This document shows positions 17,000-26,013 of a DNA stretch of 26,935 nt, in pieces. A program made the translations under genes and the position numbers. How positions within the stretch are numbered: the stretch's first letter is position 1; each line of letters starts with the position of its first letter. The notes beneath the pieces were generated by a model. That model saw nothing but the letters and a program-made list of their open reading frames with translations. It did no database searches and was not told the DNA's origin. Origin of the DNA: Pseudomonadota bacterium (lineage in GTDB: Bacteria > Bdellovibrionota > FAC87 > UBA2466); the NCBI GenBank assembly GCA_043767805.1, contig JAYUGC010000131.1, positions 1-26,935 on the forward strand, in the 5' to 3' direction.

Positions 17000-17065
17000 A
17001 ATTAGGCCCTGACTCCCTTAAAGCAAAAAATTCTCCTCGGGTTCTGCGCGGGCCTATCGGCGGTC

Positions 17066-18070
17066 TTGCTCCTTGTTTTATGCTTAGGGGTTTTTCTCAA
17101 CGCCACGAGAACCAAAGCGCGGCAGTGGTTCACTTTCACCACTCCGTTTTTCGTTCAAATAAAGGTTCCCTTCACTTACGACGCTCTCTTGGGCTGGGTT
17201 CCGCCCGCTGAGAAGCCGGGACTTCCGTATCCCTGGGGCACCGTGAGAACTTTGAAGGACGGGGCTCGCGCCAATGGAAACGCCCGGGTGCCAAACTCGG
17301 CGCCGCGGATTCTGGCGGTCGGAGACTCGTTCACGTTCGGCGACGGCGTGCGAGACAAGGAGACTTGGCCCTCAGCGCTCGAACGTAAATTAAAGCGCCC
17401 TGTGCTGAACGCCGGAGTTTATGGGTACGGTGTCGATCAGAGTTTTCTTCGCGCCTCGAAGCTCATACGGGAATTTCACCCGCGCACCGTCATTTTTAGC
17501 CTGATTGACGACGATATCCAACGGGCGGAGCACACCGTCTTGGGCGGAAACCCAAAGCCACATTTCATTTTGCAGGACGGCTTGCTCGTTCATGAGATTT
17601 ATCCCGCGCCCCATCCGGGCCAACGTTTCAAAGGCATGCTGTTTCCCTGGCTCTTGGAAAGTCCCTACGTCACCGCGTACCTGGCGAATCAGCCGCATCC
17701 CGCCCTTCTCAAGTGGGCCCGCTACACCGAAAAGGGAAAGGAAAGAGGCGGGGACCTTTTTTGCGCCATGCTCAAACAGATGGATCACTGGGCGGCTTCG
17801 CCGGAGCTGGAAGTGGTCGTGATGCTTCAGTACTACCTGGACTTCACGGGGTACGGCGCTCAACAAGAGCGGATGCACGAAGCGCTGAACTGCGCTCAGC
17901 CCAAAAATATTTCAGTCCTCGATCTTCGTCCCGCTCTCTCCGCGCTCCATGAGGCGGACCTCACGCGCTTCAACAGCTTATTCGACAGCCAGATGACGGC
18001 GGCGGGAAACGAATGGGTGGCGGATAGACTTTCCGAGCACCTCGCGCGGGCTAGCTCCGCCCTGCAATGA
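17066..18070 (+). CDS. Membrane-anchored SGNH/GDSL-fold protein (catalytic His apparently replaced)
   Basis: ILAVGDSFTFG, VLNAGVYGYG, C-terminal FDSQMTAAGNEWVA. The frame is open upstream to CTG at 17009, so the start is uncertain. Confidence 0.8.
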   Translation: MLLVLCLGVFLNATRTKARQWFTFTTPFFVQIKVPFTYDALLGWVPPAEKPGLPYPWGTVRTLKDGARANGNARVPNSAPRILAVGDSFTFGDGVRDKETWPSALERKLKRPVLNAGVYGYGVDQSFLRASKLIREFHPRTVIFSLIDDDIQRAEHTVLGGNPKPHFILQDGLLVHEIYPAPHPGQRFKGMLFPWLLESPYVTAYLANQPHPALLKWARYTEKGKERGGDLFCAMLKQMDHWAASPELEVVVMLQYYLDFTGYGAQQERMHEALNCAQPKNISVLDLRPALSALHEADLTRFNSLFDSQMTAAGNEWVADRLSEHLARASSALQ

Positions 18071-18071
18071 G

Positions 18072-18656
18072 CTACTGAACTTTCTTTTGGGCAAAGAAAT
18101 GACGGAGCGACTTCAGCACGTCGAGGTGCTTGAGCAGGCCCCGAAGCTCCTCGAGATCGGCTTCTTTTCCCTGCCAGAGCTCGCGGATGAGCGCCTTCTC
18201 GGCTTCGTTCTGACCGTTCAAAATCGAGTCGATTACCCAGATGACTAGTAAAACGTCGTCGACGTAGCCGATGGGCCCCAGTATCCCTTCGGGAAGAATG
18301 TCGATGGGCGAGATGAAGTACGCGATGGAACAGGCGAGCTTCGCCTTGGAGGACGACGAGACTTCGTGGTGATTGAAGAGAGACGCCGCGAGGTGCAGCG
18401 TATCGGCCGCTTGTAGCACGATCCAGCCGACGCGCTCACTGCCCAAAGTTTTGAGCATTGGGTACTTTTCGGAAAAGCGCGTGACGTCGTCCTGCACACT
18501 TTGCAGTGGCTCGCGAAGCTTCTTGTAGAGCTTATCGATGTCTTTTTGATCGAACTCGGGAACAAACTTCTCGAAGAATAGAGCGAGAAGCTCGTCGATA
18601 CGGGCTTTGGCCATCTGAGCGAACTCTTCAATGGGACTGCTTTTTTTGTCGGTCAT
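18072..18656 (-). CDS. YkvA/DUF1232 family protein
   Basis: AYFISPIDILPE..LGPIGYVDD signature. Confidence 0.88.
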   Translation of the reverse strand: MTDKKSSPIEEFAQMAKARIDELLALFFEKFVPEFDQKDIDKLYKKLREPLQSVQDDVTRFSEKYPMLKTLGSERVGWIVLQAADTLHLAASLFNHHEVSSSSKAKLACSIAYFISPIDILPEGILGPIGYVDDVLLVIWVIDSILNGQNEAEKALIRELWQGKEADLEELRGLLKHLDVLKSLRHFFAQKKVQ

Positions 18657-18694
18657 CTTGGCTTAATATTACGCCGGATGGGAGCGAAAGTGAC

Positions 18695-19030
18695 TCAGAA
18701 ATCGAGCAAGATGGTCTCACCGACTTTCGCATTGATCCTAAGGACTTTATTTCCTTCCCGCGACTGAACGGAGACTTCGAAAGGGTAAATAAAACAGCGG
18801 TTCTGCGGAGGCGTCTTGAAGACGCGTTCGCGGCCGGTTTTTCTCGTGCGATAGCCGTTGATGTGTACGACGGCGCTCGGATCGCGAAACGTCATGCGCA
18901 TCTCGAGGGGATAAAAGACGGAACAATCATCCGCCCCCAGAACCGGTGAGCTGGCTAGAAGCGTTCCTAGGAAGATAAGCACTGAGGTGATGAGCTTCCT
19001 TCTTTTGCCTTCTGTTTTTTCGCTCCTCAA
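18695..19030 (-). CDS. Small exported hypothetical protein (start uncertain)
   Basis: Signal-like KRRKLITSVLIFLGTLLASSPVLG and a Cys pair; fills the gap between neighbouring genes; TTG at 19030 chosen tentatively. Confidence 0.45.
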   Translation of the reverse strand: MRSEKTEGKRRKLITSVLIFLGTLLASSPVLGADDCSVFYPLEMRMTFRDPSAVVHINGYRTRKTGRERVFKTPPQNRCFIYPFEVSVQSREGNKVLRINAKVGETILLDF

Positions 19031-19138
19031 GAAAAAAAGCAAATGGTGAAGACGAGGGGGATCGCCAAAACGCGCTCCCCTCACTCCGTTGACCCCACTC
19101 GTCTCGTCGACGACGGTACTTTTTCAAAAGGAGGCCGT

Positions 19139-19717
19139 GTGAAATTCAGGTTAAGAAAATGTGTACCCGTTCTGTTTTTGATTTTTCTTTTCGCGTGCGG
19201 GAGAGAGGAGGCGGGAGTGCCCAGAAATATTTCTGTTGGGACGGATGGCGTGAACGTCGAAGGGGGAGACGAATCCATGGAGGCTCTCGTGAAGCCGGTC
19301 TCCTCTCCGGCGGGCGCCATCGCTTTAGCGAGAGGGAACGCTCGTAAGCTCATGCAGGCGGCCTCGCAGCGCACTTCCAGCGGGGAAGCGTCCGCGATCT
19401 TTCGAAAAATGGAAGCAGCGCTGGGCCGAGCGAAGATCAAGACTCCGAAACCGGGTCACGATCTCAAAGCATGTATTCAAGATCCGATGGTGCTCGCGTT
19501 CGTCATGCTGAAATCTCCAAATACGATCCACGTCTGCGCGCGGGCTTTGGCGGCGGATCCCAAAGAGCTGGCCCAAGTGCTAACCCACGAGACGGCCCAT
19601 GTCGTCGGAGTTCACGACGAGTGCGGGGCCACGCAGCTCGAAGTCGCCGTGATGCGCCTATCGGGCGTGGACCTGTCTTTTAGAAACGGATACATGAACC
19701 GGTGCGGGATTCGCTAA
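19139..19717 (+). CDS. Lipoprotein with HEXXH zinc-metallopeptidase-like motif
   Basis: GTG at 19139 after AGGAGG; lipobox LFAC; IHVC...VLTHETAHVVG..DE. Confidence 0.72.
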   Translation: MKFRLRKCVPVLFLIFLFACGREEAGVPRNISVGTDGVNVEGGDESMEALVKPVSSPAGAIALARGNARKLMQAASQRTSSGEASAIFRKMEAALGRAKIKTPKPGHDLKACIQDPMVLAFVMLKSPNTIHVCARALAADPKELAQVLTHETAHVVGVHDECGATQLEVAVMRLSGVDLSFRNGYMNRCGIR

Positions 19718-19718
19718 C

Positions 19719-20090
19719 TTACTTTTTGGGTTTCAGTAAGTCGGCAAGGGCCGCGAAAGGTTGATGAGACAGCTCGGGCTTTTTGACGCCGCCGGGAGCG
19801 TCGTCGGCGTACGAGTTAGCTACCGCGTTTCGCGCGTGCTCGTTCTCATGGCAGTAAATGCAGAGAAGCTCCCAGTTGCTGCCATCGGGAGGGTTGTTGT
19901 CGTGATTGTGATCCTTGTGATGGACGGTTAGTTCCTTGAGGCGCTTGCCGCTGAACTCCCGGGTGCATCGGCCACAGATGTGGGGGTACATCGCGAGCGC
20001 CCGGCCTCGGTAGGTTTTTTCCTGGGCCTGTTGGTGGCGTCGTACTCCCGAGATGAAGTCATCGTCGCTGGGCGGTTGGTTCGAAGACAT
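19719..20090 (-). CDS. yajD: YajD family HNH nuclease
   Basis: YRGRAL.MYPHICGRCTREF..LTVHHKDHNHDNNPPDGSNWELLCIYCHENEH; C-terminal PFAALADLLK. Confidence 0.92.
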   Translation of the reverse strand: MSSNQPPSDDDFISGVRRHQQAQEKTYRGRALAMYPHICGRCTREFSGKRLKELTVHHKDHNHDNNPPDGSNWELLCIYCHENEHARNAVANSYADDAPGGVKKPELSHQPFAALADLLKPKK

Positions 20091-20127
20091 AGGCCGAGAG
20101 TCCCAAGACTCCGGGCGAATTTCAAGA

Positions 20128-22266
20128 TCAGAGCTGAAGGCTTGGGTCGGAGAGCGCTTTGCGGCCCACTACGAGGGCGGTCAAAGTCTTTCGCGCCCGG
20201 TCCGGATCGGTCGTGAAAACGACCCCTTCGGCAAGCCGGGGGCTGGTGCCGGTGAGCTCGAGGCGAGGGGGATGACGTTGGGTGAGCTCGGCCGCCGCGT
20301 CGGCGGGATTTAAGGGAAGGCCCAGGCGCTTCAGGCCTTTGACGGGCAGAAAGAGCCAGGCCGCGGGTGTGCCGGGGAGTGCATAGGACTCGAGGGCAAT
20401 GGCCACCCGGCCCATGGTCCAGCGGGGGTTTAATTCCACGAGAGGTTTTAAGCGGTACCCACCGTCCTCTGCTTTCCAAACCATGGCGTCCAGGCCGGCG
20501 GGGCCTTGATACCCTAGGCTTCGTAAAGTTGCGCCGAGGGCGTCCGCAAAAACACGCCAGCGCTCCAAAGGCGCGCCGCTCGAGTTCAAAAAGCGTAAGA
20601 CGTCGGTGGGAAGCGATCGCAATTTCAGATCGAGATGCGTGCCTCGGTACTCGAGCCGCGAGCCGTTGACGAAATGACGAACGCCCAGCTGACGGGTGAC
20701 CTGGGGACCGACCGCGATCTGCAAAGAGAGATCGACCGTCTTATCGAGCCACTGTTCCAGAATAATGGCGCCTTGGGCTTCGATGGTATTCTCGATCCAC
20801 GCGCCGAGAGTGGAATCGAGCTCCTCTGCTTTCAAGACGCGTTTGTTCTGCGTGCCGGAAGTGCCGAGCGGCGCCTTCGCGAGAAGTGATTCGCTCGCGG
20901 CAAGCGCCTCGGAGAGCCGAGTCTTAGCCTGCTTCCAATCCGTAAACGTTTCTCCGACGATGTCGGGGATTCCGAAGAGTGCCTGATCTTCAGGATGATT
21001 CGTCAGCCAGGCTCTTAAAAATCCAGTGCTCCACACTTTCGAGTAGAGAGACGCGAGACCGGTCTCCGCAAAGTTCGCCTTTTTTAGCAGAGTCGTGGCC
21101 CAGGCACCGTTCGCGCTCTCGATGGGGATGAGCCTATCGCCGGCCGATCTAAAGCGCTCGAAAGTCTCGGGACTCCAGCCCCAGGGCTCCAGTCCCGCGA
21201 TTTTATTTTCGCGCGGCGTTTCGCCGGAGCGCGCGGGCAGCCTGAACTCAGGATTCGAGAAGCCCAAATCCTGGAGAGGTTTAAGCCACTCGGCGCGAGG
21301 CAGCTCGGCAACGAAGAGCACATCCGATTCGAGGGCGAGAAACATCGGTACCGTGCTGAGATCCTGTTCGATATCTTTTAAGGAATCCGGCGGAGTGAAG
21401 CCCGGTTTGCCGCGCGCGATTTCCGCCTCGCAGAGCGGATTGAAAAACCAGTACACGGGCGGACGCCCCTTCGAGCCAGTGAACACTTCGAGCTCGTGAA
21501 TGTAGCGCTCGGAAAAACCCGCGAGCCGGCGCGCTTCGGCGCTATAGACCGGGCCCTTCGCGCGCCGTGCGGTCATGGGCGGACCCAGCAGGCGAAGGTA
21601 AGCGTCCCAATCATCTTCCCCGCGCGGAGGCGCTGCTTCCGAGCGCCAACGATTAAACCAAATGAGGCCGTGCTTCACGTGTCCGATCTCTTCGCGGTAG
21701 ACGCGCTCCAAAATGGCGGCGGTCTTTTCGTCTCCGGCTTTCGCCACCGCTTTTTGGAAATAGAGCGAGAAATCGAGGTTGGCCTGCTCGAAGGTCAGGC
21801 TCATCTGCACGACGAATTGCAAAGGCGAGGTCATGTCCTTCATCGCCTTCCAGAAATATTCGTTCACGGGGAGCTCGCCGAAGCCAACGCCCAACTCGTT
21901 CATTCGCTCGACGTAGAGACGTAAGTGATTCTGCTCTTCTCGAATGGTCTCCGCGATGCCCGCGCGAAAGGGTTTCGCCGCGTCCGGAAATTTCAAAAGC
22001 ATGAGGGCCATGAGCTCCATGGCGAGCAGCTCGTGGTTGGCGAAAAAGTGGAGCAGCCTTCCGCGGTGACTGGCCTCGGCAAGCTTCGCGTCGGACGGAA
22101 ACTCCGCGCGGCCAAGACGCGAGAGATGGGCTGGCCTTCCCGGAAAGCTTGGGGCGTGCTGAAGCACCGCCCGCTTCGGCGAGTCTTGGAGCTTTTCCGC
22201 CGTGATTAGCTTGTCTTCCCAACGGCTCCCAAAGAGAACGGCGTGAGCGAGCTCTTCCAATTGCAT
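20128..22266 (-). CDS. DUF455 ferritin-like diiron domain fused to an ATP-grasp-like domain
   Basis: N-terminal LLHFFANHELLAMEL, EEQNH, FEQANLD, EEIGHV. C-terminal AKAPLGTSG, ILEQWL, GPAGLDAM, VELNPRWTMG. Start ATG 22266; the extension to 22596 overlaps the divergent gene. Confidence 0.82.
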   Translation of the reverse strand: MQLEELAHAVLFGSRWEDKLITAEKLQDSPKRAVLQHAPSFPGRPAHLSRLGRAEFPSDAKLAEASHRGRLLHFFANHELLAMELMALMLLKFPDAAKPFRAGIAETIREEQNHLRLYVERMNELGVGFGELPVNEYFWKAMKDMTSPLQFVVQMSLTFEQANLDFSLYFQKAVAKAGDEKTAAILERVYREEIGHVKHGLIWFNRWRSEAAPPRGEDDWDAYLRLLGPPMTARRAKGPVYSAEARRLAGFSERYIHELEVFTGSKGRPPVYWFFNPLCEAEIARGKPGFTPPDSLKDIEQDLSTVPMFLALESDVLFVAELPRAEWLKPLQDLGFSNPEFRLPARSGETPRENKIAGLEPWGWSPETFERFRSAGDRLIPIESANGAWATTLLKKANFAETGLASLYSKVWSTGFLRAWLTNHPEDQALFGIPDIVGETFTDWKQAKTRLSEALAASESLLAKAPLGTSGTQNKRVLKAEELDSTLGAWIENTIEAQGAIILEQWLDKTVDLSLQIAVGPQVTRQLGVRHFVNGSRLEYRGTHLDLKLRSLPTDVLRFLNSSGAPLERWRVFADALGATLRSLGYQGPAGLDAMVWKAEDGGYRLKPLVELNPRWTMGRVAIALESYALPGTPAAWLFLPVKGLKRLGLPLNPADAAAELTQRHPPRLELTGTSPRLAEGVVFTTDPDRARKTLTALVVGRKALSDPSLQL

Positions 22267-22311
22267 GGGGTATTCTTCCCAAGGACTGCGCCCTATGGCA
22301 ATCTCAGTCCT

Positions 22312-22833
22312 ATGAGAGCTCAACTCCTGCTTCTGCTGACCTTGCTGGCGCTGACGCCTCTGGCCCCGGGCGCCATCGGTGAGTTTGAAGAGGACGTCAA
22401 AGACGCCATCCAGAACTTCAAAAGAAAAGACCCGGGCATCGAGAAGTTCTTCGAGCGATCGCTTGGCTACGTCATCTATCCCAACGTCGGCAAAGCCGGC
22501 TTCATCGTGGGCGGCGCCCATGGGAACGGGCTCGTTTTCGAAAAGGGCGCTTACGTGGGGCGCTCTTCGCTGACGCAGGCCTCGATCGGCTTTCAATTCG
22601 GCGGACAGGAATTTTCCGAGATTATTTTCTTCGAGACCGAGAAGGCTTTGCGCGATTTCAAGAAGAGTCGGTTCTCGGTGAGCGCGCAGATTAGCGCGGT
22701 GGCCGCGGCCGAAGGCGCCGCGGAGAAAGCGAAGTACGAACTGGGCGTGGCGGTTTTCGTGACGCCGAAAAGCGGAATGATGGTGGAAGCGGCAGTCGGC
22801 GGACAGAAGCTCGATTTCGTCGCCAAGGAATGA
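22312..22833 (+). CDS. Exported YSC84/SYLF-domain (lipid-binding) protein
   Basis: Signal peptide; YPNVGKAGFIVGGAHGNG, ASIGFQFGGQ, GMMVEAAVGGQK. Confidence 0.88.
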   Translation: MRAQLLLLLTLLALTPLAPGAIGEFEEDVKDAIQNFKRKDPGIEKFFERSLGYVIYPNVGKAGFIVGGAHGNGLVFEKGAYVGRSSLTQASIGFQFGGQEFSEIIFFETEKALRDFKKSRFSVSAQISAVAAAEGAAEKAKYELGVAVFVTPKSGMMVEAAVGGQKLDFVAKE

Positions 22834-23393
22834 AAAAGAAGCGCTGGCTCCTCAATTTGTTTCTGATCCTGAGCCTTCTCTCCATCTTGGCCCAAACCGC
22901 GAAGCGAGGGAATTCGGGACGCTCGGCACCCAGCCGTGATCCCTTTGATCGCGTGGTCATCGGCCGTCTCGAGGAGTCGGCTGCTTCGCCTCAGATCGAC
23001 ATGAAAACTTTCGAGGGCATTCGCATTACCACGCCGGCCAAGCGCTCGCTCGCTAGCGAGCGGCCTTTTCCCGTCTGTGGGACGTGGGTTTTCTGGGAGT
23101 CCGCTCTCTGGAAAATTCCTCACGTGGAGGACGAGCTCAAGTTCGAAGTGCACAACACGGACACGGGCGAAGTGGCCGCCGCCGGAAATTTGAAACCCAA
23201 GCCGGTGGTTTTTCCCAAGGTAACCCGTCCCTATGTCGCCGATCCCAAGCATCCCGAAGGCAAAGTGCAGGGTTGGTTCAACTACGAGTTGAGAGGACTT
23301 TGGCCGACGGCGAAGCCCGGCCATTACTCGATTAAGGTGTCGGTCCGCGACCAAGTCTCCAATGAGGCGGCCTTCGAAATCCTCGCGCCTTAA
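22830..23393 (+). CDS. Exported/membrane-anchored hypothetical protein, beta-rich C-terminus
   Basis: ATGA overlap with the upstream gene; MKKKRW plus a hydrophobic helix; PGHYSIKVSV (Ig-like strand pattern). Confidence 0.7.
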   Translation: MKKKRWLLNLFLILSLLSILAQTAKRGNSGRSAPSRDPFDRVVIGRLEESAASPQIDMKTFEGIRITTPAKRSLASERPFPVCGTWVFWESALWKIPHVEDELKFEVHNTDTGEVAAAGNLKPKPVVFPKVTRPYVADPKHPEGKVQGWFNYELRGLWPTAKPGHYSIKVSVRDQVSNEAAFEILAP

Positions 23394-23510
23394 AGTCAAT
23401 CCTACTTATTCTCCGAGGTAAGCCCGGGGAATGTTACGACAAGCGCGTGAGTACCCATAAACCATCGATTATGTTGTAGTAATGCCAATCGAAAGGTTTA
23501 GTGTGGAAGT

Positions 23511-23813
23511 ATGAGTAAGCGAATCTTCGTCGACAATTGCGCTCCGACCACCACCCGCGAATCTTTGGGCGAGCTCTTTAAGGGCGCGGGCACCGTCGCT
23601 TCCGTCGAGATTCCCGTCGATAAGAATCGGGGCGCAAGCGAAGTGCATGCCTTCGTCGTCATGGCGAGCATCACCGAAGCCTCGACCGCTATTCAAATGT
23701 TCAACGGTTCCAAATGGAATGGCCACAGTCTTACCGTGACTCGCGCGAGCTCACACCAGAGCCCCACTGGCTTCAGTGGCGGCAACAATCGACTCGAGCG
23801 AAAAAACCGCTAG
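23511..23813 (+). CDS. RNA-binding protein, single RRM domain
   Basis: KRIFVDN (RNP2-like), HAFVVM (RNP1-like), AIQMFNGSKWNGHSLTVTRA, Gly/Arg tail. Confidence 0.85.
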   Translation: MSKRIFVDNCAPTTTRESLGELFKGAGTVASVEIPVDKNRGASEVHAFVVMASITEASTAIQMFNGSKWNGHSLTVTRASSHQSPTGFSGGNNRLERKNR

Positions 23814-23837
23814 TCGCGTTCTTAGGCTTCCTCTCAT

Positions 23838-23889
23838 GCAAAAGAAAAGGCTCCCTTTCATCGCCCTAACCGGGCCTGCTTTCTTTTGC
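23838..23889. repeat. Inverted repeat downstream of the RRM gene (possible terminator/processing stem)
   Basis: GCAAAAGAAA (23838-23847) and TTTCTTTTGC (23880-23889), with inner AGGC/GCCT pairing. Confidence 0.45.
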
Positions 23890-23970
23890 CTTGAGATCCG
23901 CGCGGTCGATTGCCATCTCTCCTGGAGAGGAGTTGCGACTCCCGCGGTACTCCCTCCACCGGCTACTTTC

Positions 23971-24177
23971 CTCGCGGCCCATCGCGAGCGGGGCATGCCG
24001 CCTGGGCCTGCTAAACGCCCGGATTTAAAGGACGTCCTATTTAGCGGCGGACTCGTGCGACTGGGGGGTGGCCGCGCCGAGCTCTACGTCGGTGCGGGGG
24101 ATGCCGAGGTTTACCGAGTGAAACTGCCGGATCCCTTCGAAGAGTACGAAAATCTCGAGGCGGGTCCCCCGCCTTGA
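23971..24177 (+). pseudogene. C-terminal remnant of a DUF1861 (MTP/GT108-like, GH130-related propeller) gene
   Basis: PPGPAKRPDLKDVLFSGGLVR..GRAELYVGAGDAEVYRVKLPDPF resembles, from memory, the C-terminus of ~300 aa DUF1861 proteins; there is no room for the rest upstream. Confidence 0.6.
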
Positions 24178-24308
24178 ACGCTTTTTCATGCCTGGAAAGT
24201 CACTTTTTTCGATTTATGGGGCTTTGGTCACTTCAAACCTGCTAAAACTGGCTCTCGCTACTAGCTCCGACTTCACTAACCGGCCTTAGCATTAACGGGG
24301 TATTTGCC

Positions 24309-24806
24309 ATGTACAAACTGACTATCGATATCGGACTCATGACCGAGGGAATCAGCAGCGCGTCCATGGCGAAGCTTTTGAAATGGAAAGAGGCCGGCTT
24401 GGTCGAGCTCATCGAGGCCGGCGCCGTGAAAAAGACGGAGCCCGTGGCTCCTCCGCCGAAGCCCACGCCGGCGAGACAGCCTTATCAAGGCTCCAATCGC
24501 GGACGTTCCACGCCTATTGCCGGCTCGGGCAATGCGACGTTCAAAACGCTCGCGGGTATTTTGTTTCCCGATCGCGATTCCGCGAAGCTCCGCATGTCGG
24601 AAATCAATAACGTCGTCTATCTCATCAAGCATCACTCGACGAAGAACGACATCTTCGTCACCGCCAATACCAAGAACTACATCGAGAACGGTCACCAAGA
24701 GCGCTTGAAGAGCGCCTTCGGCATTCTCGCGATGACGCCGGAAGAAACCGTGCGCACGCTTAGCAAAATGGTCGGTGCCTCGGCTTCCGCCTCCGCCGCT
24801 CGCTAA
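24309..24806 (+). CDS. Hypothetical protein, degenerate PIN-like pattern
   Basis: N-terminal LTIDIG and C-terminal HH...DIFVTAN..NYI...GILAMTPEE; Pro-rich linker. Confidence 0.65.
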   Translation: MYKLTIDIGLMTEGISSASMAKLLKWKEAGLVELIEAGAVKKTEPVAPPPKPTPARQPYQGSNRGRSTPIAGSGNATFKTLAGILFPDRDSAKLRMSEINNVVYLIKHHSTKNDIFVTANTKNYIENGHQERLKSAFGILAMTPEETVRTLSKMVGASASASAAR

Positions 24807-24807
24807 A

Positions 24808-25944
24808 TCACGGCTTACTCAATTGGACCGCTTTCTCAAAGGCCCGCATCAGGTTCTCTCCGAGAATTTTGCGGATGTCCGCTTCCGTGTAGCCACGAGT
24901 GATTAGCTCCGCGGTGATGTTCGGGTATTTGGAAACGTCTTCCAGTCCGGCCGGCAAGATCGGCACGCCATCGAAGTCACTGCCGAGTCCCACGTTGTCG
25001 ATGCCCGCGACTTTGGCGATGTGCTCGATGTGATCGACGACGAGCTTCGTGTCGGCCACCGGGATGGTGCCGGTGAGATTCCACATCTGAAAATCGTGGG
25101 CGTAACAGTCATGTACCTCGACGCCCGTGAAAAACTGCGGCGGCGCCGGCACTTTGCGCGAGCCCAGGTAGGCCGGGTAAAAGTTCACCATCACCACGCC
25201 GCCGTTCTTAGCGACTTCCGTCAGCACGTCGTCCGGCACGTTACGCGGATGGTTCTTCAAGGCAAAGGCGGAGGAATGCGACGCAATCACCGGAGATGTC
25301 GCAACTTTCAAGACCTCGCGCATGGCGCTCGCCGAGATGTGCGAAATGTCGACCAGCATGCCGAGGCGATTCATCTCGCGCACGACTTGTTTCCCGAACG
25401 CGTTTAACGACTCGCGCATCGGTACATCCGTCGCCGATTCCACCCAAGCCAAGTTCTTCGAGTGCGAAAGCGTCATGTAGCGGGCGCCCTTGGTGTAGAG
25501 CTCTTTAAGTGTGGCCAGCGAATTGTCGATGGAATGGCCTCCCTCGATGCCGATGAGCGAAGCAATCTTGCCGTTCGCGCGCGCGTGGCGGATTTCGGTG
25601 GGATTCAGCGCCATCTCGAAGGTGTCCGGATAGCGGGCGACCATCTGATGGATAAGCTCGATTTGCTCGAGCGTCGTTTTCACGGCCGTTCCATCTTGCT
25701 TGGTGGAAACCGGTACGTAAGCCGACCAAAACTGCGCGCCCACATTGCCTTGGCGCAGGCGAGGGATGTCCGTGTTGAAACTGGATTGAGGTTGCTTCAA
25801 GTCAAATTTCGCGAGCCCTCCCGCTTCTCGAAGCGCCCAAGGAAGATCGTTGTGTCCGTCGATGACGAGCGCTTGATCGTGGATCCCGGCACTGGCTACT
25901 CCGCACAGGGCGACAAAAAGTAAGGACGTATGGATGAGCTTCAT
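24808..25944 (-). CDS. Secreted dipeptidase, peptidase M19 (renal dipeptidase family)
   Basis: Signal peptide from ATG 25944; IDGHND, IEGGH, TLSH, DISH, ASHS, HPRN, GSDFDG, ILGENLMR. Confidence 0.95.
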   Translation of the reverse strand: MKLIHTSLLFVALCGVASAGIHDQALVIDGHNDLPWALREAGGLAKFDLKQPQSSFNTDIPRLRQGNVGAQFWSAYVPVSTKQDGTAVKTTLEQIELIHQMVARYPDTFEMALNPTEIRHARANGKIASLIGIEGGHSIDNSLATLKELYTKGARYMTLSHSKNLAWVESATDVPMRESLNAFGKQVVREMNRLGMLVDISHISASAMREVLKVATSPVIASHSSAFALKNHPRNVPDDVLTEVAKNGGVVMVNFYPAYLGSRKVPAPPQFFTGVEVHDCYAHDFQMWNLTGTIPVADTKLVVDHIEHIAKVAGIDNVGLGSDFDGVPILPAGLEDVSKYPNITAELITRGYTEADIRKILGENLMRAFEKAVQLSKP

Positions 25945-26013
25945 GAGCCCAAGGTACTTTTCGTGAAGGGTAGCGTCAACGCGGGCTTGAGACCGAAGTG
26001 ATAGAATAGGCGA

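Noticed and set aside
19719..20090. Mobile homing endonuclease or defence nuclease
   Set aside because: It matches the conserved stand-alone YajD family, with no intron, phage or defence context.
22267..23399. N-terminal extension of the DUF455 ORF to 22596 and ORF 22593-23399 (-)
   Set aside because: Both overlap the better-supported YSC84 and downstream plus-strand genes.
24808..25944. M19 dipeptidase as the processing or resistance enzyme of the ATP-grasp product
   Set aside because: It is more than 8 kb from the cluster, separated by unrelated genes, and belongs to a widespread family; nothing in the sequence links them.
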